64,000 nt of DNA. Origin: Chthoniobacteraceae bacterium. Its GTDB lineage: Bacteria; Verrucomicrobiota; Verrucomicrobiia; Chthoniobacterales; Chthoniobacteraceae. The notes under the pieces are model-generated. The model saw only the letters and a program-made list of their open reading frames with translations, did no database searches and had not been told where the DNA came from. This document shows, one piece after another, positions 28,312 through 37,889 of the stretch. The stretch spans positions 32,001-96,000 of the forward strand of contig JANNWY010000214.1 in the NCBI GenBank assembly GCA_031409335.1. Reading direction: 5' to 3'. A program made the translations under genes and the position numbers. Each line of letters starts with the position of its first letter. The first letter of the stretch is position 1.

Positions 28312-29604
28312 TTAGTCTGGAAGCGGCTTATCCTTGGTTTCGGGCGCGAACCAGATGAGGACCATGCCGACGAGATATACCAGCACGATCGCTGCACCGG
28401 CTTTGGGGTAACTCTTGTCGAAGAAGGCCATCAGTGAACCCATTTGCCATGCGCCGACCGCGGCGACGATTCGTCCGCAATTGAAGGCCAGTCCCTGCCC
28501 GGTGGCGCGGACGCGGGTCGGGAATAGCTCCGGCAGGTACTGAGGCAGCCATCCATAGAAAGACGCGGTACACATTCCCACGACGAAAACGCCCGCGAGA
28601 AACCAGCCGTCGTAGTGCTCGAAGGATCGGAAGAGGACGCTGCACACGAGCAAAGAAACCAAGCACAGACAAAAGTAAACCGGACGCCGGCCAAACTTCC
28701 AACCGAGGAGGGGCGCGATCAAACTTCCGATCACTGCCCCGAGCGCGGATGCAAGCTGGATGTAGGCTTTGACCTTTGGCTGCTTGCCACCGGTCATCTG
28801 ATCCGCCCACAAGGGAATCCACTGCACGATGCCCCATGTAACGATGAGTGCCACCGACGAAAAGCAGATCGCCAGGAGGGTGGAGCGCAGCAGTTTCGGG
28901 CTAAAAATTTCGCGGATCGGATTTGAAGGACCATCCTTCAGCGATTTCTTCCAGCGCTCCGACTCTGGCACAAACAGCCGGATCAGGAAGGTGAGAAGGG
29001 CCGGCGTCATTCCCACGATCATCACCCAGCGCCAGGATTCGCGGGTGATTTCGAAGTTGATCCCGATGATCGCGATCGTGGCGTACCCGAGATTGGCCGC
29101 CGCGCCGATGAGGCCGGCCATCAGCGGACGTTTGCTCGCCGGCCAGCATTCCATGACGAGGGCCACGCCGAGCGCCCATTCGCCGCCCATGCCAAGCGCT
29201 GCGATGAAACGAAACGCACCGAGATGCCAGGGTTCCCGTGAGAAGTAGGCGAGGCCGGTAAAAAGGGAGTAGCAAAGGATGCTCAAACTCATCGCGCGCA
29301 CGCGACCCACCTTGTCGCCCAGCCAGCCGAAAACCACCCCACCCACGGCGGCGCCGAGCAGGAATAGGGCGGTGATTCGCCCCATCCACATTTGCACAAA
29401 TTTCTCGTCCAGCACGCCTGCCGCGAGTTGCATCTCCTGCAGCGCCGGTCGGGCGACGAGAGGGAAGATACCCATCTCCAAACCGTCAAACATCCAGCCA
29501 AGAAATGCCGCGAGAAAGGCCATCCATTGGGCGGACGTTAGCTTTGGTTCGCCCGCCGTCGGAGGGATTGTTCCGGTTATTGGACCGATTGAAATTTTAC
29601 TCAT
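28312..29604 (-). CDS. MFS transporter
   Basis: About 12 TM helices; GWLGDKVGR, GMGGEW and ELFPTRVRATG motifs. Confidence 0.93.
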   Translation of the reverse strand: MSKISIGPITGTIPPTAGEPKLTSAQWMAFLAAFLGWMFDGLEMGIFPLVARPALQEMQLAAGVLDEKFVQMWMGRITALFLLGAAVGGVVFGWLGDKVGRVRAMSLSILCYSLFTGLAYFSREPWHLGAFRFIAALGMGGEWALGVALVMECWPASKRPLMAGLIGAAANLGYATIAIIGINFEITRESWRWVMIVGMTPALLTFLIRLFVPESERWKKSLKDGPSNPIREIFSPKLLRSTLLAICFSSVALIVTWGIVQWIPLWADQMTGGKQPKVKAYIQLASALGAVIGSLIAPLLGWKFGRRPVYFCLCLVSLLVCSVLFRSFEHYDGWFLAGVFVVGMCTASFYGWLPQYLPELFPTRVRATGQGLAFNCGRIVAAVGAWQMGSLMAFFDKSYPKAGAAIVLVYLVGMVLIWFAPETKDKPLPD

Positions 29605-29616
29605 CGGGACTCCCCA

Positions 29617-30399
29617 CTAATCGACGCCAATCAAGCTATCGCCAACATCGCCTGCCCTGTCTTGAGATCGCAACGGGATCGGTAGCGCTGGTTCGAGACT
29701 CTTCCGCCATTCATCTGCGAGTTCTTCGATGCCGCGGCCAGTGCGTGTTTCCCACAGCTCCGCGACGTCGCGCTTCTCGCGCAGGGCAGCGTTGAGTTCC
29801 TTGAGCAATTCCTTGTCGTATTTGCCGATGACGAAGTTTAGGAAATTCGCGCTGATGCGGTAGCTGCCATCGTGTTTCGCGGAGGCAGCGCGTTTCGGCG
29901 GGATTTCGCAGCCTTTCGACTCGGGCTCGTAAAGGTACCAACGGATGTAGTCCGGGATTCCCTCGACAAGCCATCCGGGCGGACGGCCTCCGCGATATTG
30001 CTGCACCACGTGAACGAGTTCATGCACGAGCGAGCCGATGGCTTCGCCTTTGAGCTGGATGCGATACCACGCGGGATTGCATTCGATGCGATTCCCACCA
30101 GTCGCGGCGACGCCTTTGTTACGTTCGGTAAAGGTAATGTTGAAGGTCTTTGGGGCGGAGTAGCCTTCACTCGGGAGCATGGCAACGATGAGCGGATACC
30201 ACTTTACCATGACGGGAATGAGATCGCGATGCGCCCACTCCGTAAGGTCGGGAGACTCAGTGGTATCGACCGTGAAACGGTAGCCACCCTCGGCGATTTC
30301 CACGGATTTGACGTTGGGCGTTTCATCCGGGAATGAGATTGCCGAGAGGCACGCGAAGACTGCAAGCGAAGCCGCCCACCCTCGCGATGCCGCAATCAC
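29617..30399 (-). CDS. Basic secretory protein (BSP) family zinc peptidase-like protein
   Basis: HELVHVVQ and PGWLVEGIPDYIR motifs; probable signal peptide; start uncertain. Confidence 0.85.
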   Translation of the reverse strand: MIAASRGWAASLAVFACLSAISFPDETPNVKSVEIAEGGYRFTVDTTESPDLTEWAHRDLIPVMVKWYPLIVAMLPSEGYSAPKTFNITFTERNKGVAATGGNRIECNPAWYRIQLKGEAIGSLVHELVHVVQQYRGGRPPGWLVEGIPDYIRWYLYEPESKGCEIPPKRAASAKHDGSYRISANFLNFVIGKYDKELLKELNAALREKRDVAELWETRTGRGIEELADEWRKSLEPALPIPLRSQDRAGDVGDSLIGVD

Positions 30400-30827
30400 G
30401 GATTGATGAAAATGCGGTCGCAGGATGGATCGACCACTTTCGCTCCGCGCGGAATGCCGGCTACGTCGATGAGATTCCGGTTGCCATAAGGGCTGCGGAC
30501 GAGTCCATAGCGGCCGGTGCGGGAACCCACCGGATAGCTGCGCTCGTAACTCCGGTATTCGCGATCGCGGCTGGAGTAGCGTGAATCGTAGTAGCCATCG
30601 TCGTATCCGCGTTCGCGCTCCCTTTTCGCAGCATGGCCGAGCAGTGCGCCGGCTCCCGCGCCGATGGCCGCGCCCGCGAGCGCGTCGCTGCCGCGCCCGT
30701 GCAGGAGACCGCCGATGGCTGCGCCGGTCGCCGCACCTGCGAGCGCGCTTTCGCCAGTGGTTTCGCAGCCGCTAAATGTGAATGCGCTGATGAGTGCGAG
30801 GGAAATGGCGGGAATGAATCTTTTCAT
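30396..30827 (-). CDS. Glycine-zipper lipoprotein
   Basis: Lipobox FSG-C; GAATGAAIGG...GAAIGAGAGALLG. Confidence 0.85.
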   Translation of the reverse strand: MKRFIPAISLALISAFTFSGCETTGESALAGAATGAAIGGLLHGRGSDALAGAAIGAGAGALLGHAAKRERERGYDDGYYDSRYSSRDREYRSYERSYPVGSRTGRYGLVRSPYGNRNLIDVAGIPRGAKVVDPSCDRIFINP

Positions 30828-30892
30828 GGTGTGTGGGACTTAGACTGAGAATCGACTTCGACGCAAGCGGCGGATGCCCATTCAAAATGCGA

Positions 30893-31672
30893 TCACGCGC
30901 CGAGCTTTTCGTAGAGCTTGGCGAGCCGGCGCGCGTGTTCATCGTAGGCGGACTCGAACAGTGCGACCGCGCGCTCTTCACCGACGATCACCGCGCCGCT
31001 CAGGACTTTTGGCGGATGCCCCGCGCGGGTGAGACGCGCGGCCACTTCCGCCTTGATCGCATTCACGAGCAGGCAGCCGCCGACCGTCGAGCCGGGCGCA
31101 ACCGGCGTGTCGAGCCCGTCGATTTTCACCATCGCATCGCCGACCGGCGCGCCGGTATCGAGCACGATGTCGGCGAAATCCTGGAGCTTGCGTCCGTCCG
31201 CGCGTTTGCTCGTGCTGGCCTCGCTGTGCGCGCGGCTGATGATCGCCACCACGCGCACGCCGCGCCGCTGAAATTCCCCGGCCATTTCGATCGGCACGAC
31301 ATTGCAGCCGCTGGATGAAATGACGAGCGCACTATCCTGCGACGAGAGATCGAAATTCCGCAGCACGCGCTCCGCGAGACCGCTCACGTTTTCGAGGAAC
31401 ATCGCCTGCCGCTGCCCGTTCGCGCCGACGACGAGATTGTGAAAGCTGAGCGACAGTTCGACGATCGGATTGAAGCCCGGAAACGAGCCGTAACGCGGCC
31501 ACATTTCCTCGACCAAAATCCGCGAATGGCCGCTGCCGAAAAGATGGACCATCCGCCCAGCGAGGATGGTCGCGGCGAAGAGGTCGGCGGCTTGCGCGAT
31601 GGCGTCGGTCTGCGCCTGCACGGCATCGACGAGCGCGCGGCATTTTGCGAGGTAGTCGAGGGCGGGAGTCAT
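30893..31672 (-). CDS. SIS-domain sugar isomerase family protein
   Basis: FGSGHS, ISSSG and DIVLD...GDA motifs. Confidence 0.88.
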   Translation of the reverse strand: MTPALDYLAKCRALVDAVQAQTDAIAQAADLFAATILAGRMVHLFGSGHSRILVEEMWPRYGSFPGFNPIVELSLSFHNLVVGANGQRQAMFLENVSGLAERVLRNFDLSSQDSALVISSSGCNVVPIEMAGEFQRRGVRVVAIISRAHSEASTSKRADGRKLQDFADIVLDTGAPVGDAMVKIDGLDTPVAPGSTVGGCLLVNAIKAEVAARLTRAGHPPKVLSGAVIVGEERAVALFESAYDEHARRLAKLYEKLGA

Positions 31673-31691
31673 GGGTGCCAGTCTGCGCTTT

Positions 31692-32021
31692 TCAAAACAT
31701 CAGCAAGGCTTCGTCTGGGTCGGCGAGGAACACCTTGATGGTTGCCGTATGGCTGGCAATGAGCGCAGCAATCGTGGACGTCGGACAATTGCCGAGGCAG
31801 AGATAGACCAGCTTTGGCGGATGTCCGCGGAGCAGGGAGAGAAAGTGGAAGTCAGCGTCCTTGGAGACGATCGCAAAGCCGTCTCGCGCGGCGCGCTCCC
31901 AAATCGTCGCATCGTCCGACTCTGCGAGGCCCAGTTGTTTGACGTGCGCCGAGCCGGGGAAGTCGGCAGCCACGGTTTGCACGAGCCGATCCGACAAATT
32001 CTGATCGAACAACAGCATCAA
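31692..32021 (-). CDS. DUF5615 PIN-like toxin (VapC45-like)
   Basis: LLFDQNLS, DDATIW, IVSKDADF and PPK motifs; overlaps the antitoxin stop. Confidence 0.88.
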   Translation of the reverse strand: MMLLFDQNLSDRLVQTVAADFPGSAHVKQLGLAESDDATIWERAARDGFAIVSKDADFHFLSLLRGHPPKLVYLCLGNCPTSTIAALIASHTATIKVFLADPDEALLMF

Positions 32022-32242
32022 CGCGGAACGAAATGAATCTTGCGCCCCATGTCAGCGGCAAAGGCCAGCGCTGCTTGGACATCCTCGCGGGTCAATTCCG
32101 GGAAATCCTGAATGACTTCCTCGACGCTCATCCCGCCCGCCAAATATTCCAGCACATCAAACACGGTAATTCGCATTCCGCGGATGCATGGCTTGCCGCT
32201 ACGTTTTCCGGGCTCGATCGTGATGCGCTCGGCAAAATTCAT
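32018..32242 (-). CDS. DUF433 antitoxin
   Basis: GKPCIRGMRITV...FPELTREDVQAALAFA. Confidence 0.92.
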   Translation of the reverse strand: MNFAERITIEPGKRSGKPCIRGMRITVFDVLEYLAGGMSVEEVIQDFPELTREDVQAALAFAADMGRKIHFVPR

Positions 32243-32251
32243 GAGCAGAGG

Positions 32252-33157
32252 CTAAGGCGCATCGGGAATGTGGTCAACATGAGCAAGCAACGCTTCCCGC
32301 GCCGCGCCGATCGCGCCGGCCCATTCGCCGAGTGTCGCGGGGAGAATACGGACGGTGTGGCCGGCAGGGCGCCATTCCACTTTTGCGATCTCTTCGCGCA
32401 GCGGGTCGAACAACGCATCGCCTGCCTGCGCGATACCGCCGCCGAGGATGATCGCTTCGGGGTCGAGGATATTGATGAAGGATGCGAGCGCGCACGCGAG
32501 CGCGCGGATGGATGTGAGCCAGACTTCGCGCGCAAACCCGTCCCCGGCGCGAACCGCTTCGATCAGCGCGTGCGTGGTTTCAAAACGTCCGCCGGTGCGC
32601 TCGCGGATGTTCCAATTGCCGATCGCACATTCCAGCGCGCCGGGCATTCCGGTGATGCTGGGCGGACCGTGGACATCCAGGCAGGTGTGGCCCAAATGGC
32701 CTGCCCGCCCAATGTGACCGCGCAGCAGTTTTCCATCCGACAGAATCGCACCACCGACACCCGTGCCGAGCGTGAGCATGATCGCATCGCGCAAACCGCG
32801 CGCGGCACCGACCCACGCTTCGCCGATGAGCGAGGCGTGCGCGTCGTTGGTCACGGGAACGAGTCCAGCGCGACCGAGAAACTTACCCCACTCCAGACCC
32901 TCCAGACCCTGCAAGCGACCCGGCAAAAACGAGATCGCCCGCCGGTCGGCTGATACGAGCCCCGGCGCGGAAATCCCAACCGGCGCATCGCTACCGATCT
33001 CGCCGAAAAGTTCGCGAACCGATTCCGCCCATTTGCGAGAGTCGCCGCCATCATCGCGCGTCTCACGGAATTCCCGGCGGAGGATTTCACCCGTATCGGT
33101 CACCACGACGCCCTTGATGCGCGTGCCGCCCAGGTCGATGCCGACTGCGGTAATCAT
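32252..33157 (-). CDS. ROK family sugar kinase
   Basis: GIDLGGT, NDAHA and TLGTGVGG motifs; start taken at ATG 33157. Confidence 0.92.
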   Translation of the reverse strand: MITAVGIDLGGTRIKGVVVTDTGEILRREFRETRDDGGDSRKWAESVRELFGEIGSDAPVGISAPGLVSADRRAISFLPGRLQGLEGLEWGKFLGRAGLVPVTNDAHASLIGEAWVGAARGLRDAIMLTLGTGVGGAILSDGKLLRGHIGRAGHLGHTCLDVHGPPSITGMPGALECAIGNWNIRERTGGRFETTHALIEAVRAGDGFAREVWLTSIRALACALASFINILDPEAIILGGGIAQAGDALFDPLREEIAKVEWRPAGHTVRILPATLGEWAGAIGAAREALLAHVDHIPDAP

Positions 33158-33325
33158 TCGCGCCGAATGGTTGCGATTTCGGCCAGAATTCCGGGGGCAT
33201 TTTTTGCTGGCGGCATGAGAGTGACTCAGCCGGACCGCCCGCGATTCGGCAACAAAATTGCCTTTGCCGAGTCCATTTGGCCCGATGTATGCATTACCAA
33301 ATCTGTTGAGCACCCTATTTTATTG

Positions 33326-35245
33326 ATGCCTACGGATCGCGACAAACCAACGCATTCTCGCGTTTCCGAGGAAACGAGCTTCCAGTTGTTGTTCGTTCTC
33401 AATCCATTGCCGATGTATGTCTTCGACAATGCCTCGCTGAACATTCTCGCCGTCAACAACGCGGCGGTCGCGCGATACGGCTGGACGCGCGAGGAGTTTC
33501 TGGAATTGACCATCGAGGACATCCGCCCGCCCGAGCAAATCCCCGCGTTGCGCGCCTACCGGCGGAAAGTTTACAGCGATTCCTCGTGCGGGCTGAACCA
33601 GTCGATGGCCTGGCGGCACTGGACCAAGGGAGGCGAAATCATCGAGATGGAGACGACGTGGATGGAGGTGCCGTGGGAGGGCGTCGTTGGCGTGTTGGTG
33701 ACGTGTGTGGATCGCTCGGAACTCAAGCGCGCCGAAGAGCGGGCGCGTGAACAGGCCAGTCTGCTGGAACTCGCCGCCGATGCGATCGTCGTGCGCGGAC
33801 TGGATGATCGGATCGTTTACTGGAACCGCGGCGCGGAACGGCTCTACGGCTGGACCGCGGCGGAAGCCATCGGGCGGCCTGCCGCGGAAATCTTGCAAAT
33901 GACTGCCGAAAAAGCGGCAGCGGCGGAAAAGGAATTGATGGAGACCGGATCGTGGAGCGGGCAGGTCGAACAAAAAACCAAGGCGGGAGCGACCGTCATC
34001 GCCAACAGCCGGTGGACGCTGGTGCGCGACGAACAAAAACTTCCCAAGTCGGTGCTCGTCATCAACACCGACCAGACCGAGACGAAGAAGCTCGAATCGC
34101 AATTCCTCCGCGCGCAACGTCTCGAATCCATCGGCACGCTCGCGAGCGGCATCGCGCACGATCTGAACAACATTCTCGCGCCGATCCTGATGTCGGTCGG
34201 GTTTCTGCGAAAGACCAACGCGGACTCCGAGGCCGAGGCTTTCCTGAGCATCATCGAATCCAGCGCGGAGCGCGGCGCAGGCATCGTAAAACAAGTGCTG
34301 ACCTTTGCCCGCGGCGTGGAAGGTGATCGCGTGCGACTCGAACCGGATCGTCTCGTCGATGAGCTGATCGCCATCATGGTCCAGACCTTCCCGAAGAACA
34401 TCGACATCCAATCGGACATGCCTCCGAAGCTGTGGAGCTTTGCCGGCGACGCCACGCAGATTCATCAAGTGCTGCTGAACCTCTGCGTCAATGCGCGCGA
34501 CGCGATGACCGGCGGCGGTCGCATCACCGTCGGCGCGAAGAACGTCGAGGTGGATCAGCACCTCGTCGCGATGAATCCCGGCGCGCAGGCCGGCCCGCAC
34601 GTCGCCTTCAGCGTCGCGGACAACGGTGCCGGCATGACCGCCGAGACGCTGGAGAAAATATTCGATCCATTTTTCACCACAAAGGAAGTCGGCAAAGGCA
34701 CTGGCCTCGGTCTCGCCACGGTCCTCGGCATCGTGAAAAGCCACGGCGGTTTCCTGACCGTGAAAAGCTATCTGGATGTCGGGACCACGTTCCATGTTTT
34801 CATCCCGGCCGCAAAGGAACCCGAGCCTGCGGCGATCGAAACCGACACGCGCCCGATCACCAATGGCGAAGGGCGGCGCATCCTGCTCGTCGATGACGAA
34901 CCTGCGATCCGCGAGGCCGTCTCCTGCACACTCCAGGCCAGCGGCTACGAGGTCTTCACCGCCGAGGATGGCACCGACGCCCTCGCGCTTTACCACAATC
35001 GCCGCGACGACATCGACCTCGTGCTGACGGACATTTCGATGGGGCAAATGGACGGCGTCACGTTATCGCGCGCATTGAAAAGGCTGAATCCGAAAGTGCG
35101 GATCATCGTCTCGAGCGGCCACTTTCATAAGGACAACGTCACCATCCTCGAATCGCTCGGCATCAAGACCTTCCTCGACAAGCCCTACACCGCCGAAAAA
35201 CTGCTGCGCTCAATCCAGGCAGAACTCTCCCGCCCGATCGCCTAG
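33326..35245 (+). CDS. PAS-PAS hybrid sensor histidine kinase/response regulator
   Basis: Two PAS domains; AHDLNN H-box; NARDAM, DNGAG, FFTTK and GTGLGL boxes; receiver LLVDD...LTD...DKP. Confidence 0.95.
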   Translation: MPTDRDKPTHSRVSEETSFQLLFVLNPLPMYVFDNASLNILAVNNAAVARYGWTREEFLELTIEDIRPPEQIPALRAYRRKVYSDSSCGLNQSMAWRHWTKGGEIIEMETTWMEVPWEGVVGVLVTCVDRSELKRAEERAREQASLLELAADAIVVRGLDDRIVYWNRGAERLYGWTAAEAIGRPAAEILQMTAEKAAAAEKELMETGSWSGQVEQKTKAGATVIANSRWTLVRDEQKLPKSVLVINTDQTETKKLESQFLRAQRLESIGTLASGIAHDLNNILAPILMSVGFLRKTNADSEAEAFLSIIESSAERGAGIVKQVLTFARGVEGDRVRLEPDRLVDELIAIMVQTFPKNIDIQSDMPPKLWSFAGDATQIHQVLLNLCVNARDAMTGGGRITVGAKNVEVDQHLVAMNPGAQAGPHVAFSVADNGAGMTAETLEKIFDPFFTTKEVGKGTGLGLATVLGIVKSHGGFLTVKSYLDVGTTFHVFIPAAKEPEPAAIETDTRPITNGEGRRILLVDDEPAIREAVSCTLQASGYEVFTAEDGTDALALYHNRRDDIDLVLTDISMGQMDGVTLSRALKRLNPKVRIIVSSGHFHKDNVTILESLGIKTFLDKPYTAEKLLRSIQAELSRPIA

Positions 35246-35313
35246 CCGCGGCGCCGGCCAAAAAACCCCTTTGCTTTTCGACGCCGGGCGTTAACCTTCG
35301 CGCCTCAAAACAA

Positions 35314-35387
35314 CGGGCCGTAGCACAGCTTGGTAGTGCGCTTGAATGGGGTTCAAGAGGTCGCGAGTTCAAATCTCGCCGGCCCGA
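35314..35387 (+). tRNA. tRNA-Pro (GGG)
   Basis: Acceptor cgggccg/cggcccg, anticodon arm cttga-atGGGgt-tcaag, T arm gcgag-ttcaaat-ctcgc; CCA not encoded. Confidence 0.95.
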
Positions 35388-35448
35388 TCTCTTGAAACCA
35401 AGGCTGGTAAAGGATTCGCGGACGATTGGCGTTTCGCGAAGAAAAGCC

Positions 35449-35470
35449 TGTATATCCCGTTTGTATATCC
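35449..35470. other. Direct repeat tgtatatcc x2, putative integrase arm-type sites
   Basis: Copies at 35449-35457 and 35462-35470, between the tRNA 3' end and the integrase start. Confidence 0.5.
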
Positions 35471-35486
35471 GTATGCTCTGTGTGCC

Positions 35487-36659
35487 ATGAAAACAGAGAG
35501 CCAAGTCCAGAAACCTCGGGGCACTCGGGAACTCCTCGAAAACGTCTCGCCAAATCTCTACCGCCACCGCGAGAACGGCAGCTACTACGGCATTAAAAAG
35601 ATTGCGGGCAAAATCAAGAGCCACGCCCTCAACACAGCAGATCGGAAGACGGCCGATGGCAAACTTCGCACATGGCTCGACGGGCTCGCAGAGACAGACC
35701 CCAACAATTCGGACATGACCCTCGGTTCACTGCTCGAAAAATATGCCGCCTCGCGCACCGACATCGCACACTCCACAAAGGTCGGCGAGGCCGGCAGGAT
35801 CGCGAAATTCCGCCTTCTGTTTCCCCGTCCGATGGACTCCCTCGTCGCGCGGGTTCGGAATTCTGAAATCGCCGCCTGGATCGGGCAAGTCGGGACGGCA
35901 AAACGCGCCTCCACCCGCAACCAATTCCGCGCCTTCGCCCGCGCGCTTTTTGATTTTGCCGTGGCCGACGCGGTGATCGCAAAAAATCCTTTCGATCCGA
36001 AGATCATTCGGAAGGCGAAGAAAGAGCCGATCATCCGCCGCATCCCTTCGCCGGATGAATTTGAAAAGATCGTCGCCGAGATTCGTCAACCGAACTGGAA
36101 GGTCGAGAATGGCAAACACGGCGGACAGCGACCGATGTATCAGCACGACAGCGCGGATTTCGCGGAATACCTGGGTCGGGCTGGCATTGGTCAGGCTGAG
36201 GCGGTGGGCTTGGATTGGGAGGACATCGACGAGGAGCGCGATGTGATTCACTACCGCCGCAAGAAAACGCAGCGCGCATTCAACACACCGATTTTCCCGT
36301 GGCTAAAGCCGCTCCTGAAAAAACTGCGCGCCGCTGCGGGGCCAAATGCCCGCGGACCGGTTTTCAAGGTCAAGAACGTGAAGAACGCTCTCCGCGGCGC
36401 GACTCAGCGCCTCGGGCTTCCGCACTTCACCCAGCGCAATCTGCGCGCGATGCGCATCAAGCGGCTTTGGGAGCAAGGCGTGGATGTGAAAGTGATCGCG
36501 CAGTGGCAGGGGCATAGCGACGGAGGAAAGCTGATTATGACCACCTACACCGAAGTTTTCGGCAGCAACGCGGAGAGCTACGAACGCGCGCAACTCGCGA
36601 AGGCTGCGGCGGCGGAAGCCGCGATGTCGCAGCCCAAGCGGCTCAAAAAGGCAGCTTGA
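35487..36659 (+). CDS. Tyrosine recombinase/integrase
   Basis: Directly after the tRNA; arm-binding-like N-terminus; AEAVGLDWEDID, RKKT, RNLR, WQGH and TTY. Confidence 0.9.
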   Translation: MKTESQVQKPRGTRELLENVSPNLYRHRENGSYYGIKKIAGKIKSHALNTADRKTADGKLRTWLDGLAETDPNNSDMTLGSLLEKYAASRTDIAHSTKVGEAGRIAKFRLLFPRPMDSLVARVRNSEIAAWIGQVGTAKRASTRNQFRAFARALFDFAVADAVIAKNPFDPKIIRKAKKEPIIRRIPSPDEFEKIVAEIRQPNWKVENGKHGGQRPMYQHDSADFAEYLGRAGIGQAEAVGLDWEDIDEERDVIHYRRKKTQRAFNTPIFPWLKPLLKKLRAAAGPNARGPVFKVKNVKNALRGATQRLGLPHFTQRNLRAMRIKRLWEQGVDVKVIAQWQGHSDGGKLIMTTYTEVFGSNAESYERAQLAKAAAAEAAMSQPKRLKKAA

Positions 36660-36668
36660 TCTGCTGAC

Positions 36669-36857
36669 TCAGCTCGCCCGGACAAGGAGGGTCTCCACGT
36701 CCTCGCCGGGGATGAGCGTTTTTGCCTGCACTTTGCTTTTGCGCAGGAGTTTGCGGGAAATGAAATTGCGGATCTGGCGCTCACTGACTTTGAGATAGGA
36801 AGCGGCCTCTTTGGCGGTGTAGGTCGCTTGCTGCGGGATAAATCGCACCTTTTTCAT
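36669..36857 (-). CDS. Excisionase-like HTH protein
   Basis: MKKVRFIPQQATYTAKEAASYLKVSERQIRNFISRKLL...IPGEDVETLL from ATG 36857. Confidence 0.8.
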   Translation of the reverse strand: MKKVRFIPQQATYTAKEAASYLKVSERQIRNFISRKLLRKSKVQAKTLIPGEDVETLLVRAS

Positions 36858-37226
36858 ACGGCGTGGTGTTCTCCCGCGCAGTCGCCCGCGTTTCTCAAAA
36901 ACTTCGCGATCATCGTCATTACGGGAGCATTTTCCGAGGCGCGTGGAAAAAGCTCTCCAATGCCGACGCCAAACACGTTCACGAAGTAGAGCAGCTCGAA
37001 GTCTCCGACCCAAACAACCCGACATTCCGATCTTCGCCAGTCCGCTGCGGCTGATATTCCAGCCGGCGGATTGCAGATGTTCGGCGAGTTTGGCCTGGGA
37101 CCAACCACGCTGTTTGCGCAGGCGCTGCACGACCGGACCGATGACGTTGCAATGGGTGTCTCGTCTTATGTGGGGAAACTCATGGCTCAACTGGCCGGCG
37201 CGCACGCTCCCGATTGGGAGCGACAT
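36854..37226 (-). pseudogene. XRE-family HTH regulator with a 1-bp frameshift
   Basis: NVIGPVVQRLRKQRGWSQAKLAEHLQSAGWNISRSGLAKI in one frame continues as ECRVVWVGDFELLYF in another; one extra base at 37027-37028. Confidence 0.75.
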
Positions 37227-37247
37227 GGCGAGGCTCGCCCGAAAGCA

Positions 37248-37544
37248 TCACTTCGGACGTGGTGGTCTCTTCGCTCGCAGCTTCTCGATATTTTCGCCGA
37301 GTCGCTTGGTGGGATCGAGCTTCGGAAGCAATTCGGTCACAGGGATCGCAAGCGCCTCACTGAGATACATCGTCTCGAAATCGCTCACCCAAATGAACTG
37401 GCTCTCAATTTTGGAGACTTCAGCGCGGTCGATCATCCAGCCAAGAACCTCCAGTCTTGCCGCTAGTTCAGCTTGTTTCAGGTCGAGACTATAGCGCCGC
37501 CTCCTCACCTGCGGGCCGACCACGTTTTTATGCTTTGTGCTCAT
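37248..37544 (-). CDS. XRE-family HTH regulator
   Basis: KNVVGPQVRRRR...QAELAARLEVLGWMIDRAEVSKIES...VSDFE. Confidence 0.82.
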   Translation of the reverse strand: MSTKHKNVVGPQVRRRRYSLDLKQAELAARLEVLGWMIDRAEVSKIESQFIWVSDFETMYLSEALAIPVTELLPKLDPTKRLGENIEKLRAKRPPRPK

Positions 37545-37614
37545 GCGGGCACAAGCGAAGGCGATACCAGCCCCCGAAAAGCTCCCGTTTGGGAGCCAAT
37601 TTCAACCGATGCCG

Positions 37615-37866
37615 CTAGGCTTCGGGCCGATCAATGCGCTGCCATAGCCTTTCCTGAGATACGCCGAGAGCCGCGCTGAAATACAAAACCTCGTAGTCCC
37701 TGATGCAGACCCTTTGTGACTCGATTTTATCGAGCCACTCAACTGAACAGGCCAAACCCTCGTGACGCAGCTTCAAGATTGCTTGCTCCAACGTCCATCC
37801 GAGCGCTTCGCGGATTTCCCTGATCGCAGGCCCGAGCGCATTCTTGGGCTTGAATTTCCGGGACAT
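37615..37866 (-). CDS. XRE-family HTH regulator
   Basis: KNALGPAIREIREALGWTLEQ...KIESQRVCIRDYEV...ALGV. Confidence 0.78.
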   Translation of the reverse strand: MSRKFKPKNALGPAIREIREALGWTLEQAILKLRHEGLACSVEWLDKIESQRVCIRDYEVLYFSAALGVSQERLWQRIDRPEA

Positions 37867-37889
37867 GCTTAGTCTTCCGCGCGTGCGGA

